Source of the DNA: Myxococcales bacterium
GTDB taxonomy: Bacteria > Myxococcota_A > Polyangia > Polyangiales > DASUME01
NCBI GenBank assembly: GCA_047601445.1
Contig: JASGJH010000001.1
Span: 3,552,001-3,616,000, forward strand
Direction: 5' to 3'
Length of the DNA: 64,000 nucleotides
Shown here: positions 1 to 9,462 of the stretch, in pieces
Layout of the letters: every line of letters starts with the position of its first letter
Numbering within the stretch: position 1 is the stretch's first letter
Position numbers and translations under genes: made by a program
The notes under the pieces: generated by a model
What the model saw: only the letters and a program-made list of their open reading frames with translations
What the model was told of the DNA's origin: nothing
Databases searched by the model: none

Positions 1-197
1 AGCTCCACCACGATCTCCGTGGCACCGAGATCGGGCGCGAGCGAGATGCCCATGCGGAAGTTGGGCTCTCCGCCGTAGCGCACCAGCAGGGCGATGAAGG
101 CCGAGAGCGCGTGGGTGCGTGGGTCGGACTCGGCCGCGGGAATGCCGAGCATGAAGGTGTGTCGCGCCAGGGCGTGCTCCTGATTCGGGGCACGCAT
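1..197 (-). CDS. N-terminal fragment of a gene running off the left edge; weakly NRPS condensation-domain-like
   Basis: Not in the ORF track. Manual translation from ATG at 197 gives MRAPNQEHALARHTFMLGIPAAESDPRTHALSAFIALLVRYGGEPNFRMGISLAPDLGATEIVVE, open to the edge with GC-rich third positions. LSAFIALLVRYGG resembles the LAAFxxLLxRYxG segment of condensation domains. Confidence 0.45.
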   Translation of the reverse strand, partial: MRAPNQEHALARHTFMLGIPAAESDPRTHALSAFIALLVRYGGEPNFRMGISLAPDLGATEIVVE

Positions 198-674
198 GCG
201 ATCGGCGAAAGGCAAGGCACACCACGTAACGTCAGGCTGTCCCGCCACGCCACGCGCCAAGGTCCGGACGCCTTCCGTCGGAGTGCGCGGTAGCGCGCGC
301 GAGCTGCCCTGCGACATCGAGAAAACGTCCTCCCGCGAAGGCGCGCAGGCGCACGCCCTTTCGCACATTCCAGAGGATGCGCCGCGGGGAGCGGCGTTGT
401 CGAGCCCAGCGTGCGCGATGCCTCACCGCGTCGTGCGCAACAAGTTCGAAGGCGAGGCCAACGCGCGAACCGCTCGCGAGTTTGGAGGCAACGCGACTTG
501 CTCTCGCGCATGCAGCACGGCTTGCTGCGTTCGAAAGCGACTTGGAGCGTGCGTGGCTATGAGAACATGGAATGAGTGAATGCACGGCGGTCTGCGGTCC
601 GGGGGGAACGCGGCCGCGTTGAACGTAAGGTGCAGCGGGTGGCCGTCGCCCGCGAACACTGGTGGGAGGGAGTC

Positions 675-1838
675 GTGAGCTCGCAGAAGGAGTCGTTGGG
701 TATTCAACGAGTAGCCTCGGTGCACATGTTCGTGCGTGACCTCGATCGCATCCGAGACCACTACATCAATCAGCTCGATTTCACGGAGACGGCGGTCAGC
801 ACACCGGAGTTCGAGGCGCGGCATCGGGCCCGCGCCAGCGTGGTGGAGGCGGGAGGCGCGCGCTTCGTCTTCATGGAGCCGCTCGGATCCAAGGGAGAAA
901 GCTTCCAGTGGCTCGAGAAGCACCCCGAGGGTGCGGGCCGCATCGTGTTCGAAGTTTCGGACGTGGAGCGCGCCTACGCCTTGCTTGCCAAGCGGGGCGC
1001 CACGCACGTCACCGGCATGGAGCACGAGTACGTCGACGGTGGTGCCGTGGCCTGGTTCGACATCGCCACCGCGCTCGGCGACACCTTGTTCCGCTTCGTG
1101 CAGTACCAGGGCGACACGCCCATGATGCCGCTTTTGCGGCGCCACGAGGTGCCACGCGGCGGCAAGAACCGCTTCGAGGTGAGCGGCGTCGATCACCTCA
1201 CGGCGAACTACCTCACGCTCAAGCCCGTGATCATGTGGCTCGAGCAAGTGATGGGATTCGAGCCCTATTGGGACGTCGAATTCCATACGCGTGACGTCAA
1301 GGCGCAGGAGCATCACGCTGGCTCGGGGCTGCGCTCGATCGTGATGTGGGACCCTCACTCCGGCGTCAAGATGGCGAACAACGAGCCCGCGGCGCCCGCC
1401 TTCAAGGCCTCACAGATCTACGTGTTCTGCGAAGATCATCGCGGCCCAGGCATCCAGCACATCGCGCTCTCGGTGCCCGACATCATCTCCACCGTGCGCG
1501 GCATGCGCGAGCGCGGCGTGGCTTTCCAGGGCACGCCCGGTGTGTACTACGATCTGCTGCCGCAGCGCCTGCATGATCTGGGCGTGCAAAAGATCGAGGA
1601 GGACGTGGAACTCCTGCGCGAGCTGCAGATCCTCGTGGACGGCAGCTCACCTGGTCACTACCTGCTCCAGATCTTCATGCGCGAGGCCGCGTTCATGTTC
1701 CGCGATCCCAAGGCTGGACCGCTCTTCATCGAGCTGGTCCAGCGCAAGGGCGACAAGGGCTTCGGCGCCGGGAACTTCAGGGCGCTGTTCGAGAGCATCG
1801 AGCGTCAGCACGAGCTCGAAGGTCGCACGGGCACCTGA
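675..1838 (+). CDS. hppD: 4-hydroxyphenylpyruvate dioxygenase
   Basis: GTG at 675 follows GGAGGG. Motifs VDHL, NNEP, GPGIQHIAL, YLLQIF and FIELVQRKGDKGFGAGNFRALFESIE include the Fe-ligand His/His/Glu. NEP and GNF are HPPD-type rather than hydroxymandelate-synthase-type. Confidence 0.93.
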   Translation: MSSQKESLGIQRVASVHMFVRDLDRIRDHYINQLDFTETAVSTPEFEARHRARASVVEAGGARFVFMEPLGSKGESFQWLEKHPEGAGRIVFEVSDVERAYALLAKRGATHVTGMEHEYVDGGAVAWFDIATALGDTLFRFVQYQGDTPMMPLLRRHEVPRGGKNRFEVSGVDHLTANYLTLKPVIMWLEQVMGFEPYWDVEFHTRDVKAQEHHAGSGLRSIVMWDPHSGVKMANNEPAAPAFKASQIYVFCEDHRGPGIQHIALSVPDIISTVRGMRERGVAFQGTPGVYYDLLPQRLHDLGVQKIEEDVELLRELQILVDGSSPGHYLLQIFMREAAFMFRDPKAGPLFIELVQRKGDKGFGAGNFRALFESIERQHELEGRTGT

Positions 1839-1850
1839 GCTGCGTCGCCG

Positions 1851-2906
1851 CTAGCACGCGACAGGAGCGCGTGCGGTGCGGTGATCCAGCCGATACTGGA
1901 TGGGAGTCTGGCTGGTCCAGCGCTTGAAGGCGCGGTGGAAGGCGCTGGGCTCGGAGAAGCCCAGGCGCTCTGCGATGTTCTTCAAGGGCGTGTCGGTCTC
2001 GGAGAGCAAGAAGAAGGCGTGATCCTTGCGGGCGTCCTCGAGCAGGTTCCACAGGGTCTGCCCCTCCTGTGAGAGCCTGCGGCGCAGGCTGCGCGCGGAG
2101 AGCCCGAGGCGCTTGGCCAACATCTGACGCCCCTTCTCGCCCAACGTGAGCTCCTCTTCCCTGAGGATCGCGCGCACGCGTAGGTGGAGGGGCTCGGAGC
2201 GCACTTCGCTGAGCAGCATGCTCTCGGCTTGCTCCTTGAGCAGCCGATGCAAGCGAACGTTGGTGAACAGCTGCTCGCGGTCGAGGAAGGAGCGGTCGAA
2301 CACCAGCTCGGCAGTGTCGGTACTGAACTCCAGGGGGCACGCGAACAGCTCGTCGTAGGCCTCCACGTGGGCGGGACGCGTGTAGGGCAGGCGCACGCGC
2401 AGGGGGCCGATCTTGCGACCCAGGAAGACGCGGGCAGCGTTCAGCATCAGCGCGAAGCAGAGCTCCACCGCGAACCGAACTTGCTCACTGGCGTACTCGG
2501 GCGTGACGCGTGCATCCGCTTCGAAGTTCGGCGGGTGGTACACGAGGCGCGCCTGCAGGCCGTCTTCCTGCAGGGTGAAATGTCCCCCGGTGGCGATCAA
2601 CGGCATGTAGCGCTGCACTTCCGTCAGCGCTTCGCGCAGCGTCGCGCATTGCACGAACAAGCTGCCCACGGCGCTCACCATCTGAGGAGGCACGTGGGTC
2701 CCCAGGCTGAGCCCGAGCGCGGGGTCGTTCGTGAGCCGATAGGCCGCGGCGGTCGCGAGACGCATGGTCTCACCGCTGACGTAGCCGGGGGTTTGCTCGA
2801 GGTGATCGGCCGAGAGGCCGGCCTCGCTGAGCAGTCGTTCCCTGCTGACGCCTTGGTCGCGCAGGTGAGCACAGAGTCCGCGGAATAAGAAAAGAGAGAC
2901 CTGCAT
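1851..2906 (-). CDS. AraC family transcriptional regulator (Arabinose_bd_2-type N-terminus)
   Basis: C-terminal double HTH (LAKRLGLSARSLRRRL...IAERLGFSEPSAFHRAFKRWT); N-terminal DPALGLSLG...ATLREAL. Confidence 0.92.
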   Translation of the reverse strand: MQVSLFLFRGLCAHLRDQGVSRERLLSEAGLSADHLEQTPGYVSGETMRLATAAAYRLTNDPALGLSLGTHVPPQMVSAVGSLFVQCATLREALTEVQRYMPLIATGGHFTLQEDGLQARLVYHPPNFEADARVTPEYASEQVRFAVELCFALMLNAARVFLGRKIGPLRVRLPYTRPAHVEAYDELFACPLEFSTDTAELVFDRSFLDREQLFTNVRLHRLLKEQAESMLLSEVRSEPLHLRVRAILREEELTLGEKGRQMLAKRLGLSARSLRRRLSQEGQTLWNLLEDARKDHAFFLLSETDTPLKNIAERLGFSEPSAFHRAFKRWTSQTPIQYRLDHRTARAPVAC

Positions 2907-3082
2907 AAGTGGTTACCTCGAACTGACACTAGGCCCGCGTCGGCATTGACCGCGATGACCTACGCGGTTCTGCGTATTGACACATACAGCCACGCAAATG
3001 ACCCCAATTGTCAGCCTTGGCCTTTGGTTGGACCAAGGACTCGGTTCTCAGCGGAAGCTCGGGTTTTCTCCGCTGCGGGTCG

Positions 3083-3874
3083 TCAGCAGAACGTCGCGCC
3101 GCGCCGACCATCGTCGAACACGCGGTACGCATACTGGTAGACGTCCTCGAAGCCCGACGTCTGATACAGACCACGGGCGGCCACGTTGCCGAGCTCCACA
3201 AGCAAGTACAGCTCGCGCATGGCGTCGGCGCGCGCGCTCTGCGCCAGCGCACGCAAGAGTCCCTTGCCGGCGCCCTTCCGGCGCCGATGGGGCAGCGTGA
3301 ACATGGCGTAGATGCCGAGCCTGTCCTCGGACGCAATGGCGAGCGCAGCGGCGCACGCTTCGCCCTCGGCATCGCGGGCCAGCGCGAAGCGAGCGCGGGA
3401 GCCCAGTCGCGCGAGGATACCCTTGAAGACGTCGGCGCTACTCGCGAAGCGACTCTGGTGGACCGCGATCTGGAGCCACGCGGACTTGGCGTTGCTCGAC
3501 ACGCTGCACTCGAGGTCCTGGCCGCGACCGAGGCGCTCCAGCAGCTCAGCGGGCGTGGTGCGCGCGAAGGCTGCCGCGCCTTCCTGGAGGTAGCCGCGCT
3601 CCTCGAGGGCAGCGTCGAGTCCGGCCGGGCTCGCGCACGGTCCGACCTGGAACATCGGCAGCTGCCCGTGCTCGCGGTACCACGCCTCGACGCGCGCGAT
3701 GCGCGTGGGCAACGGCATGTCGTCCAGTGCATCCAGCGTGGCCACCGAGTTTGCCCGGTGGCTCGGTCCGCCGCTCTTGCGCAAGAGCCAGCCCGCGAGC
3801 TCTTCCGTCTCGGCCGCCGGCCATGCGTCGACCACGGTTTCTTCGAGCTCGTGCAGCAGCGTGTTCATGGCCAC
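3083..3874 (-). CDS. GNAT family N-acetyltransferase
   Basis: N-terminal AWPA...GWLLR..G..HRANS; acetyl-CoA motif RRKGAG; C-terminal YLLVELGNVAARGLYQTSGF. Start could instead be ATG at 3868. Confidence 0.88.
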   Translation of the reverse strand: MAMNTLLHELEETVVDAWPAAETEELAGWLLRKSGGPSHRANSVATLDALDDMPLPTRIARVEAWYREHGQLPMFQVGPCASPAGLDAALEERGYLQEGAAAFARTTPAELLERLGRGQDLECSVSSNAKSAWLQIAVHQSRFASSADVFKGILARLGSRARFALARDAEGEACAAALAIASEDRLGIYAMFTLPHRRRKGAGKGLLRALAQSARADAMRELYLLVELGNVAARGLYQTSGFEDVYQYAYRVFDDGRRGATFC

Positions 3875-3887
3875 GGGAAGCGGCGGC

Positions 3888-4134
3888 TCAGTTTTGCTTG
3901 CCGGCCTCGGCCATCAGCTGGGCCTCCACCGCCTCGGTGGCTTCGGCCATGCTCACGCCGTACTGCTCACGGTAGCGCTTGATGAGCTCGATTCTTGTTG
4001 AGCGCCGGGGTGTTGGCTGGGGGTCGCAGACTGGCGGGACCACCGCGGCGCCGACGGTTGACCCACAGGTACCCCATGAAGCCGGAAATCACGATTCCGA
4101 TCGCCAACGCCAGCAATGTTCCTTGGTCCGCCAC
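3888..4134 (-). CDS. Small single-pass membrane protein with ribosomal L7/L12 C-terminal-like motif (frameshifted at 3990-3994)
   Basis: Removing one base from GATTC (3990-3994) joins the TM segment LLALAIGIVISGFMGYLWV to NKIELIKRYREQYGVSMAEATEAVEAQLMAEAGKQN-stop (TGA at 3890-3888). Confidence 0.7.
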
Positions 4135-4236
4135 GCAGCGATTATCCCCAACCACGGGGATTTGTCATTAGGGAGCTTTTGCAGTTCCGCGCCTGCGTAC
4201 GGAAAACCACAGGTAGGAGCCGGCCCTGGGACGCGC

Positions 4237-5010
4237 TTAGCCCTGGGCCGCGAGGGGCAGCTCGCGGGACTCGTAGACGTGCTGCGAGGGCAGCTCGAGT
4301 ACGCTGAGGAACCCGCCCGTGCCGCAGCCCGTGTCGAGCCCGAATACGGCCTCCCCGGCGAACAGATCGGTGGGGTCGTCGGGCGTGTACTGGGAGAGCT
4401 CCTGGGGCAGCATGGCCGTGGCGCTGTGGCCGAAGACCACGGGCTTACCCCGATAGTTTTTGAAGAAACTCTGGGTTCTCAGCCACAGCAGGACCACCGG
4501 GTCGGGCACCTCGCGCGGGTGCAGGAAGCGGCCATCCTTCTCGGGCAATCCGGCGTGCACGTAGATCGCGTGCTCGTCCTCGTAGTAGTAGGGCAACCCA
4601 CGCATCCAGGCCACGACGTCGGGGGGGAAGAACGAGCCCGCGAACAGGGCCTCCATTTCGTCCGCCTTGGCGAAGTCGCCCTCCTGCACGAGCGGGCCGC
4701 CCGTGAAGGAGCGCATGGTGGCGAGGCAGCCATTGCTGGGAGGAAACACGAACTCGTCGAAGCCCTTGTCGATCACCTTGAGCCAGGCGTCCTCGTGGTT
4801 GCCGCGCAGGCACACCACCTTGGCCGGCCCGTCGACGGCGAGCCGTCGGATGTGCTCCACGACCTGAGCCGCGTGGGGCCCACGATCGAGGTAGTCCCCC
4901 AGGAAGACCAATGTGTCGGATTCATCGAGCTCGGGCAGCTTGTTCAGCACCCGCAACAGATGCTCGATTTCTCCGTGGATATCCCCGACCGAAAAAGTGC
5001 GACCCGCCAT
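4237..5010 (-). CDS. Calcineurin-like metallophosphoesterase (PPP/ApaH-like Ser/Thr phosphatase)
   Basis: GDIHG, GDYLDRG, RGNHE, VHAG, FGHS and LDTG motifs in canonical order. Confidence 0.93.
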   Translation of the reverse strand: MAGRTFSVGDIHGEIEHLLRVLNKLPELDESDTLVFLGDYLDRGPHAAQVVEHIRRLAVDGPAKVVCLRGNHEDAWLKVIDKGFDEFVFPPSNGCLATMRSFTGGPLVQEGDFAKADEMEALFAGSFFPPDVVAWMRGLPYYYEDEHAIYVHAGLPEKDGRFLHPREVPDPVVLLWLRTQSFFKNYRGKPVVFGHSATAMLPQELSQYTPDDPTDLFAGEAVFGLDTGCGTGGFLSVLELPSQHVYESRELPLAAQG

Positions 5011-5188
5011 GGCGCCCCAGTCTACAACAGCCCGGGCCAGGACCAACCAAGTTGCCGACGGGGGACGGCAAAAGCCGCGTTTTGGGGCCGTCCGCCGCGG
5101 TCTCCACCACGCGCGGGCTCGCTTTCGTGCGGCACCGAGACACGCGGGCTGCGTTGAGCGTCCGTGCGAGCGCGCGGTACAGTGACCT

Positions 5189-6892
5189 GTGAACCACTCT
5201 ACACGCTACGCACGTTGTTGCTTGTTGGGGTTGTTGTTCTTGAGCGCATGCTCGCGCACCAGCGCCGAGCCACGCCGCACCGAGTCGGCCTCGAAGAGCC
5301 CCAAAACCCTCGCCAAGACCGCGCGAGATCGCGATCCCAGCCAGGCCAAGCGGCGCACGGGACGCTCTCCCGTCGGCACCAACCTGGATGCCCTGGTGGA
5401 CTACAGTCAGGACTGGATCTCGGTGGACGCCTTCAAGCGTTCGCGCGATTGGATCTCCAGCACCGAAGACAAGTTCGACGACGGCCGCAAGGTCGCCCTC
5501 GACGAGCGCGGCTGGGTCAAGGCGCTTTTGCCGGGTCAAATCGCCACCACGCTGATGTTCTGGGATGGGGTCAAATATCCGAGCGGCGACTATGTGGTGC
5601 TCTACGAGGGCAAGGGGGCGGTGGACTATTGGCCCCAAGACAAGGTCATCAGCTCCGGGCCCGGGCGCGACGTGCTGCGGGTCGACAGCTCCCAGGTCGG
5701 CATCGGTGTGCGGATCAAGAAGACCGACCCTGGCGATCCCATCCGCAACATCCGCGTGTTGATGCCGGGCGGGGTGTGCGAATCGGACCCGCGGCGCTAC
5801 TGCGACAAGAAGCTGCCGTGCGAGAGCGCGGGGCGCTGCGTGCCCTTCGAGGAGAACTACGCCACGCAGATCTTCCATCCGCGCTTCCTCGAGCGCACCT
5901 CCCACTACGCGACCCTGCGCTTCATGGACTGGATGCAGACCAACGGTTCCACCATGCAGCGCTGGGACACGCGCCCCAGGCCCGACGATGCGCGCTGGAA
6001 CAAGGGGGCGCCGGTGGAGATCATGGTGGAGCTCGCCAACCGCCAGGATCAGGATCCCTGGTTCACGCTGCCACACGGCGCCGACGACGAGTACGTGACC
6101 AAGTTCGCCGAGTACGTGCGCGATCACCTGAGCGCATCGCACAGGGTCTACGTGGAGCACTCGAACGAGGTCTGGAACGGCATGTTCGCCCAGGCCGAAT
6201 ACGCGATGAAGCGCGGTCAGGAAGCGGGCCTTGGCCCTTCCCCGTTCGAGGCCCAGCTGCTCTACCATGCGCGACGCACCGCGCAGATCGCCAAGATCTG
6301 GGAGCGCGTGTACGGGGACAAGCGGCACAAGGTGGTGCGCGTGCTCGGCGCGCAGGCGGCGAACGCCTGGGGTTCGGAGATCATGCTGGCCTTCGAGGAC
6401 GTCAAGGCCCACGTGGACGCGCTGGCCATCGCGCCTTACTTCGGCGGCTATCTGGGCTCGCCCGAGAACCTGCAGCGCGTGCAGAGCATGAACCTCGATG
6501 AGTTCTTCGTGGAGCTCAAGGAGAAGGCCCTACCCGAGGCGCGTGACTGGATCCGCGATCAAGCCAAGGTGGCCAAGCAGAACAACCTGCATCTGGTGGC
6601 CTACGAAGGCGGTCAGCACTTGACGGCTGGCGGCCCCGGGCTCGACAGCAAGGCCTTGAACGACCTGTTCGATCGCGCCAACCGTGACCCGCGCATCGGC
6701 CAGCTCTACTTCGACTACCTGGTCTCCTGGCGCAAGCTCGGGGGCAAGATGTTCGTGCACTTCACGGATTGCACGGGCATGAGCAAGTGGGGGCGCTGGG
6801 GCGCCCTCGAGTGGCTCGAGCAACCGCGTGCGCAGGCGCCCAAGTACGACGCCATCGCGCGCTTCGCGGAGCAGAACACGCGGTGGTGGTGA
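5189..6892 (+). CDS. Lipoprotein, putative clan GH-A-like glycoside hydrolase (often labelled cellulose-binding protein)
   Basis: Lipobox LFLSAC; motifs GTNL..LVDYS, LRFMDW, WFTLPH..DDEYV, VYVEHSNEVWN, AIAPYFG, AYEGGQHL and WGRWG. Confidence 0.7.
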   Translation: MNHSTRYARCCLLGLLFLSACSRTSAEPRRTESASKSPKTLAKTARDRDPSQAKRRTGRSPVGTNLDALVDYSQDWISVDAFKRSRDWISSTEDKFDDGRKVALDERGWVKALLPGQIATTLMFWDGVKYPSGDYVVLYEGKGAVDYWPQDKVISSGPGRDVLRVDSSQVGIGVRIKKTDPGDPIRNIRVLMPGGVCESDPRRYCDKKLPCESAGRCVPFEENYATQIFHPRFLERTSHYATLRFMDWMQTNGSTMQRWDTRPRPDDARWNKGAPVEIMVELANRQDQDPWFTLPHGADDEYVTKFAEYVRDHLSASHRVYVEHSNEVWNGMFAQAEYAMKRGQEAGLGPSPFEAQLLYHARRTAQIAKIWERVYGDKRHKVVRVLGAQAANAWGSEIMLAFEDVKAHVDALAIAPYFGGYLGSPENLQRVQSMNLDEFFVELKEKALPEARDWIRDQAKVAKQNNLHLVAYEGGQHLTAGGPGLDSKALNDLFDRANRDPRIGQLYFDYLVSWRKLGGKMFVHFTDCTGMSKWGRWGALEWLEQPRAQAPKYDAIARFAEQNTRWW

Positions 6893-6905
6893 GCGGCGTA
6901 AGGAG

Positions 6906-7881
6906 TTAGGGCTCGCAGCAGCCGCTGCCTTCGCGCTGCCCGACGCACCACTCACTCATGCGCTTCCAGACTTCCTTGGCCATGGCCTGGGAGCCCTCGG
7001 AGATCGGGTGGATGTCGGTGTTGAACCAGTCGGGATCGTGGCCCTCGAACACGGGCACCATGTCGATGAAGTGACAGCGCAGCGCGCCGCCGGTGGCGTC
7101 CTCGCGGCCGTCGCAGAAGTCCTTCACCTGCGGCAGCGCGAACTCCAGCATCTCGTTGGGATGGGGTCCGCCGATGGGGCGCCCCTCCGGGATGTGGGGA
7201 TAGAAGAAGTACACCACGTCGCGGATGCCCGCGGCGATCATACGAATCCATCAGCTTCTCGGCCGCCGCCAGCGCGTCAGTGACCACTTTCTGACACTGC
7301 GGCAGCTTGGAGGAGCCCGTGTCCTTGCACTGCTCGATGCTCGGATCGGCGAGCCAGCCCACCAGCACGTCGTTGCCTCCGCCGTCCATCAACACCGTGT
7401 GCGCGTCGGGATCGGCCTTGATGGCATCGTCGAACTGGCTGGGAATGTACTGCCCGAGCGGCGCGCCCACGCCGCCGGTCGCCATCGACATGCCGCCGAT
7501 GGCCTGCATACGCCACATCTGGCCGGACTCACGCGCGATGTCCTGGGGGAACGTGTGGCTCGGCCAGTTGATGTACGAGTCCCCGATCACGATGACCTGA
7601 CTGTCTTTCTGGACGCACTTGGGCTTGGGCTCCTTGGCGTCGGAATCGCCGTCGCCATCCCCGTCGCCCGCGGGCTTGTGGTCTCCATCGCCATCGCCCC
7701 CGAGCTCGCCGTCGCCGTCTCCATCCCCGTCACCGCCCTCATCGTCCGGCTCGGAGTCGTCGCCGCCATCGCGGCCTCCCACGGCCTGGGCCGAGGGCCC
7801 CGACGACCCATCCGACTCCGCACAACCCGAAAGCACGCTCGCGCAGAGCGCAAGCCTTCCCACGAATCTCCACGTCCCCAT
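6906..7881 (-). CDS. SGNH/GDSL hydrolase lipoprotein (frameshifted at 7244-7248)
   Basis: Lipobox VLSGC, GD-repeat linker, block I IGDSY and block III DGGGND. Block V TDIHP lies in the second frame (6906-7241). One-base removal gives EKLMDRMIAAGIRD. Confidence 0.85.
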
Positions 7882-8004
7882 AAGCACCGCCAAACCAAGC
7901 AAAGAGCGCGCGGCACGGCTGACCGTCCGAGCGAGACGAGCACGATGCGCGCCTGGACAACATCCGTACAACAACGTCGATACAAGTTATACAGAATTGT
8001 TTTA

Positions 8005-8037
8005 TCAGCTCAGGCCGCCGGCTATTCAGCTCAGGCC
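8005..8037. promoter_or_regulatory. 12-bp direct repeat pair in a divergent promoter region
   Basis: TCAGCTCAGGCC at 8005-8016 and 8026-8037 (21-bp period), directly after an AT-rich patch (about 7965-8005). Confidence 0.35.
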
Positions 8038-8143
8038 ATAGGCTTTTCGAGCCCTACTCGGCGCCGCTTGCACTCGCTCGGCCGATGGGTGAATCTGGCG
8101 CAAGTCTCGGCTTTTGCTGCGGGATGTGGGGGAAGGGTCAGCG

Positions 8144-9454
8144 ATGAGTGAGTCTCGAAGCCCAGGCGTTCGGCCGGCGGGCGGTTCTCCCGGAGGGGAG
8201 CGGCGCAGTGGCCCCGGGGTCTTCACGCGCTTCCTGTGGTTCTGCGCGGGGGCCGACGGCACCATCCTGGCGCGCTGTCCGCTCTCGGACTGGGTGAAGT
8301 ACCAGGGCATCGGCGGCATCGTGTTGGCGACCACGGTGCTCGCCTTCGTGTCCGCGTCCTACGCGTTCTACACCGTGTTCAGCCCCAAGGATGCCACGGC
8401 GCTGATGACCTCCACCGACCTCACGAGCGTGCTGCTCTCGTGCGTCGCCGGACTGGTCTGGGCACTGGTGATCTTCAACATCGATCGCTTCATCGTCTCC
8501 AGCACCGGCAAGGGCGACGGCACGGACAAGGTGACCCTCGAGGAGCTCGTGCAGTCGCTGCCGCGCTTGTTGATGGCGGGCATCATCGGCGTGTGCATCT
8601 CAGCGCCGCTCGAGATTCGCATCCTCAAGCCGGAGATCGACGCCCAGCTCGAGCTGGAGCAGAACAAATACCTGGCCGAGCTGAACAGCCACGCCGAGAG
8701 CATGGTGCAGAAGCGCAAGGACGAGCTGTTGGGCAAGCTCGACCGAGCCCAACGGACCCTGGACGAGCGCAGCCAGTACTTCGAAAAGCGTCGCCTCGAG
8801 ATCAACGAACAGCGCAAGCAACTCGAGCTGGAGGCCGAGGGCAAGACCGGCAGCGGTCACGCCGGCCGCGGACCCGCCTGGCAGGACAAGAAGGACACGC
8901 TCGACAAGCTCGAGGCGGAGCTCGCGCAAGACCGCGCGGCCGACGGGGAGAAGCAGAAGGTCTTCGCCGGGGAGGTCGAGAGTTCCAAGGCTGCCATCGC
9001 GGCGCTGAACAAGCAGCTCGAGGACGACAAGGCCAGTAACCTGCGCCAGTCTCGCCACCTCGACGGACTCATGAAGCGCATCCACATCTCCCACGAGATC
9101 GGCGGCTTCGTGCCGTGGGCCATCCTGCTCTTGCTGCTCGCCGTGGAGACCGGCCCGATCTTCTTCAAGATGATGATGGTGAAGAGCACCTACGACTACT
9201 TGATGGAGAACGAGAAGCTGGTGGCCACCGCCAAGGGCGGGGTCGAGGTGGATGCGCAGGTGTATCTCACGGAGGCCAGCGAAGAGATTCGCGTGGACAC
9301 CTTTCACCATGTTCAGGCGGCGTTGGCCGAGGAGCGGCGTCGACTCGAGACCGAAGCCCATCTCTCGGAGGCCGTGCACGAGCGCGTGCGCGAGCGCACC
9401 ACGGCGGCGGCCCGCGAGGGCGAGGGTTACAAGCAATTCGTGAGCGAGAAGTAA
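8144..9454 (+). CDS. DUF4407-like membrane protein with long coiled coil
   Basis: FLWFCAGAD..IL..C...KY.GIG; WALVIFNIDRFIVSS; PRLLMA..IG..IS.PLEIRI..EID; coiled coil containing ELEAEG.TGSG..GRGP; final TM ending VETGPIFFKMM. Confidence 0.8.
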   Translation: MSESRSPGVRPAGGSPGGERRSGPGVFTRFLWFCAGADGTILARCPLSDWVKYQGIGGIVLATTVLAFVSASYAFYTVFSPKDATALMTSTDLTSVLLSCVAGLVWALVIFNIDRFIVSSTGKGDGTDKVTLEELVQSLPRLLMAGIIGVCISAPLEIRILKPEIDAQLELEQNKYLAELNSHAESMVQKRKDELLGKLDRAQRTLDERSQYFEKRRLEINEQRKQLELEAEGKTGSGHAGRGPAWQDKKDTLDKLEAELAQDRAADGEKQKVFAGEVESSKAAIAALNKQLEDDKASNLRQSRHLDGLMKRIHISHEIGGFVPWAILLLLLAVETGPIFFKMMMVKSTYDYLMENEKLVATAKGGVEVDAQVYLTEASEEIRVDTFHHVQAALAEERRRLETEAHLSEAVHERVRERTTAAAREGEGYKQFVSEK

Positions 9455-9462
9455 GGCGCGGC

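Noticed and set aside
675..1838. Hydroxymandelate synthase (HmaS) assignment
   Set aside because: NNEP and GFGAGNF match HPPD rather than HmaS, and no hmo/hpgT genes are nearby.
5066..5080. CGGC-AAAA-GCCG hairpin as a fourth REP-like copy
   Set aside because: Only the small second hairpin matches; the first hairpin and the GGGACCCACCC tail are absent.
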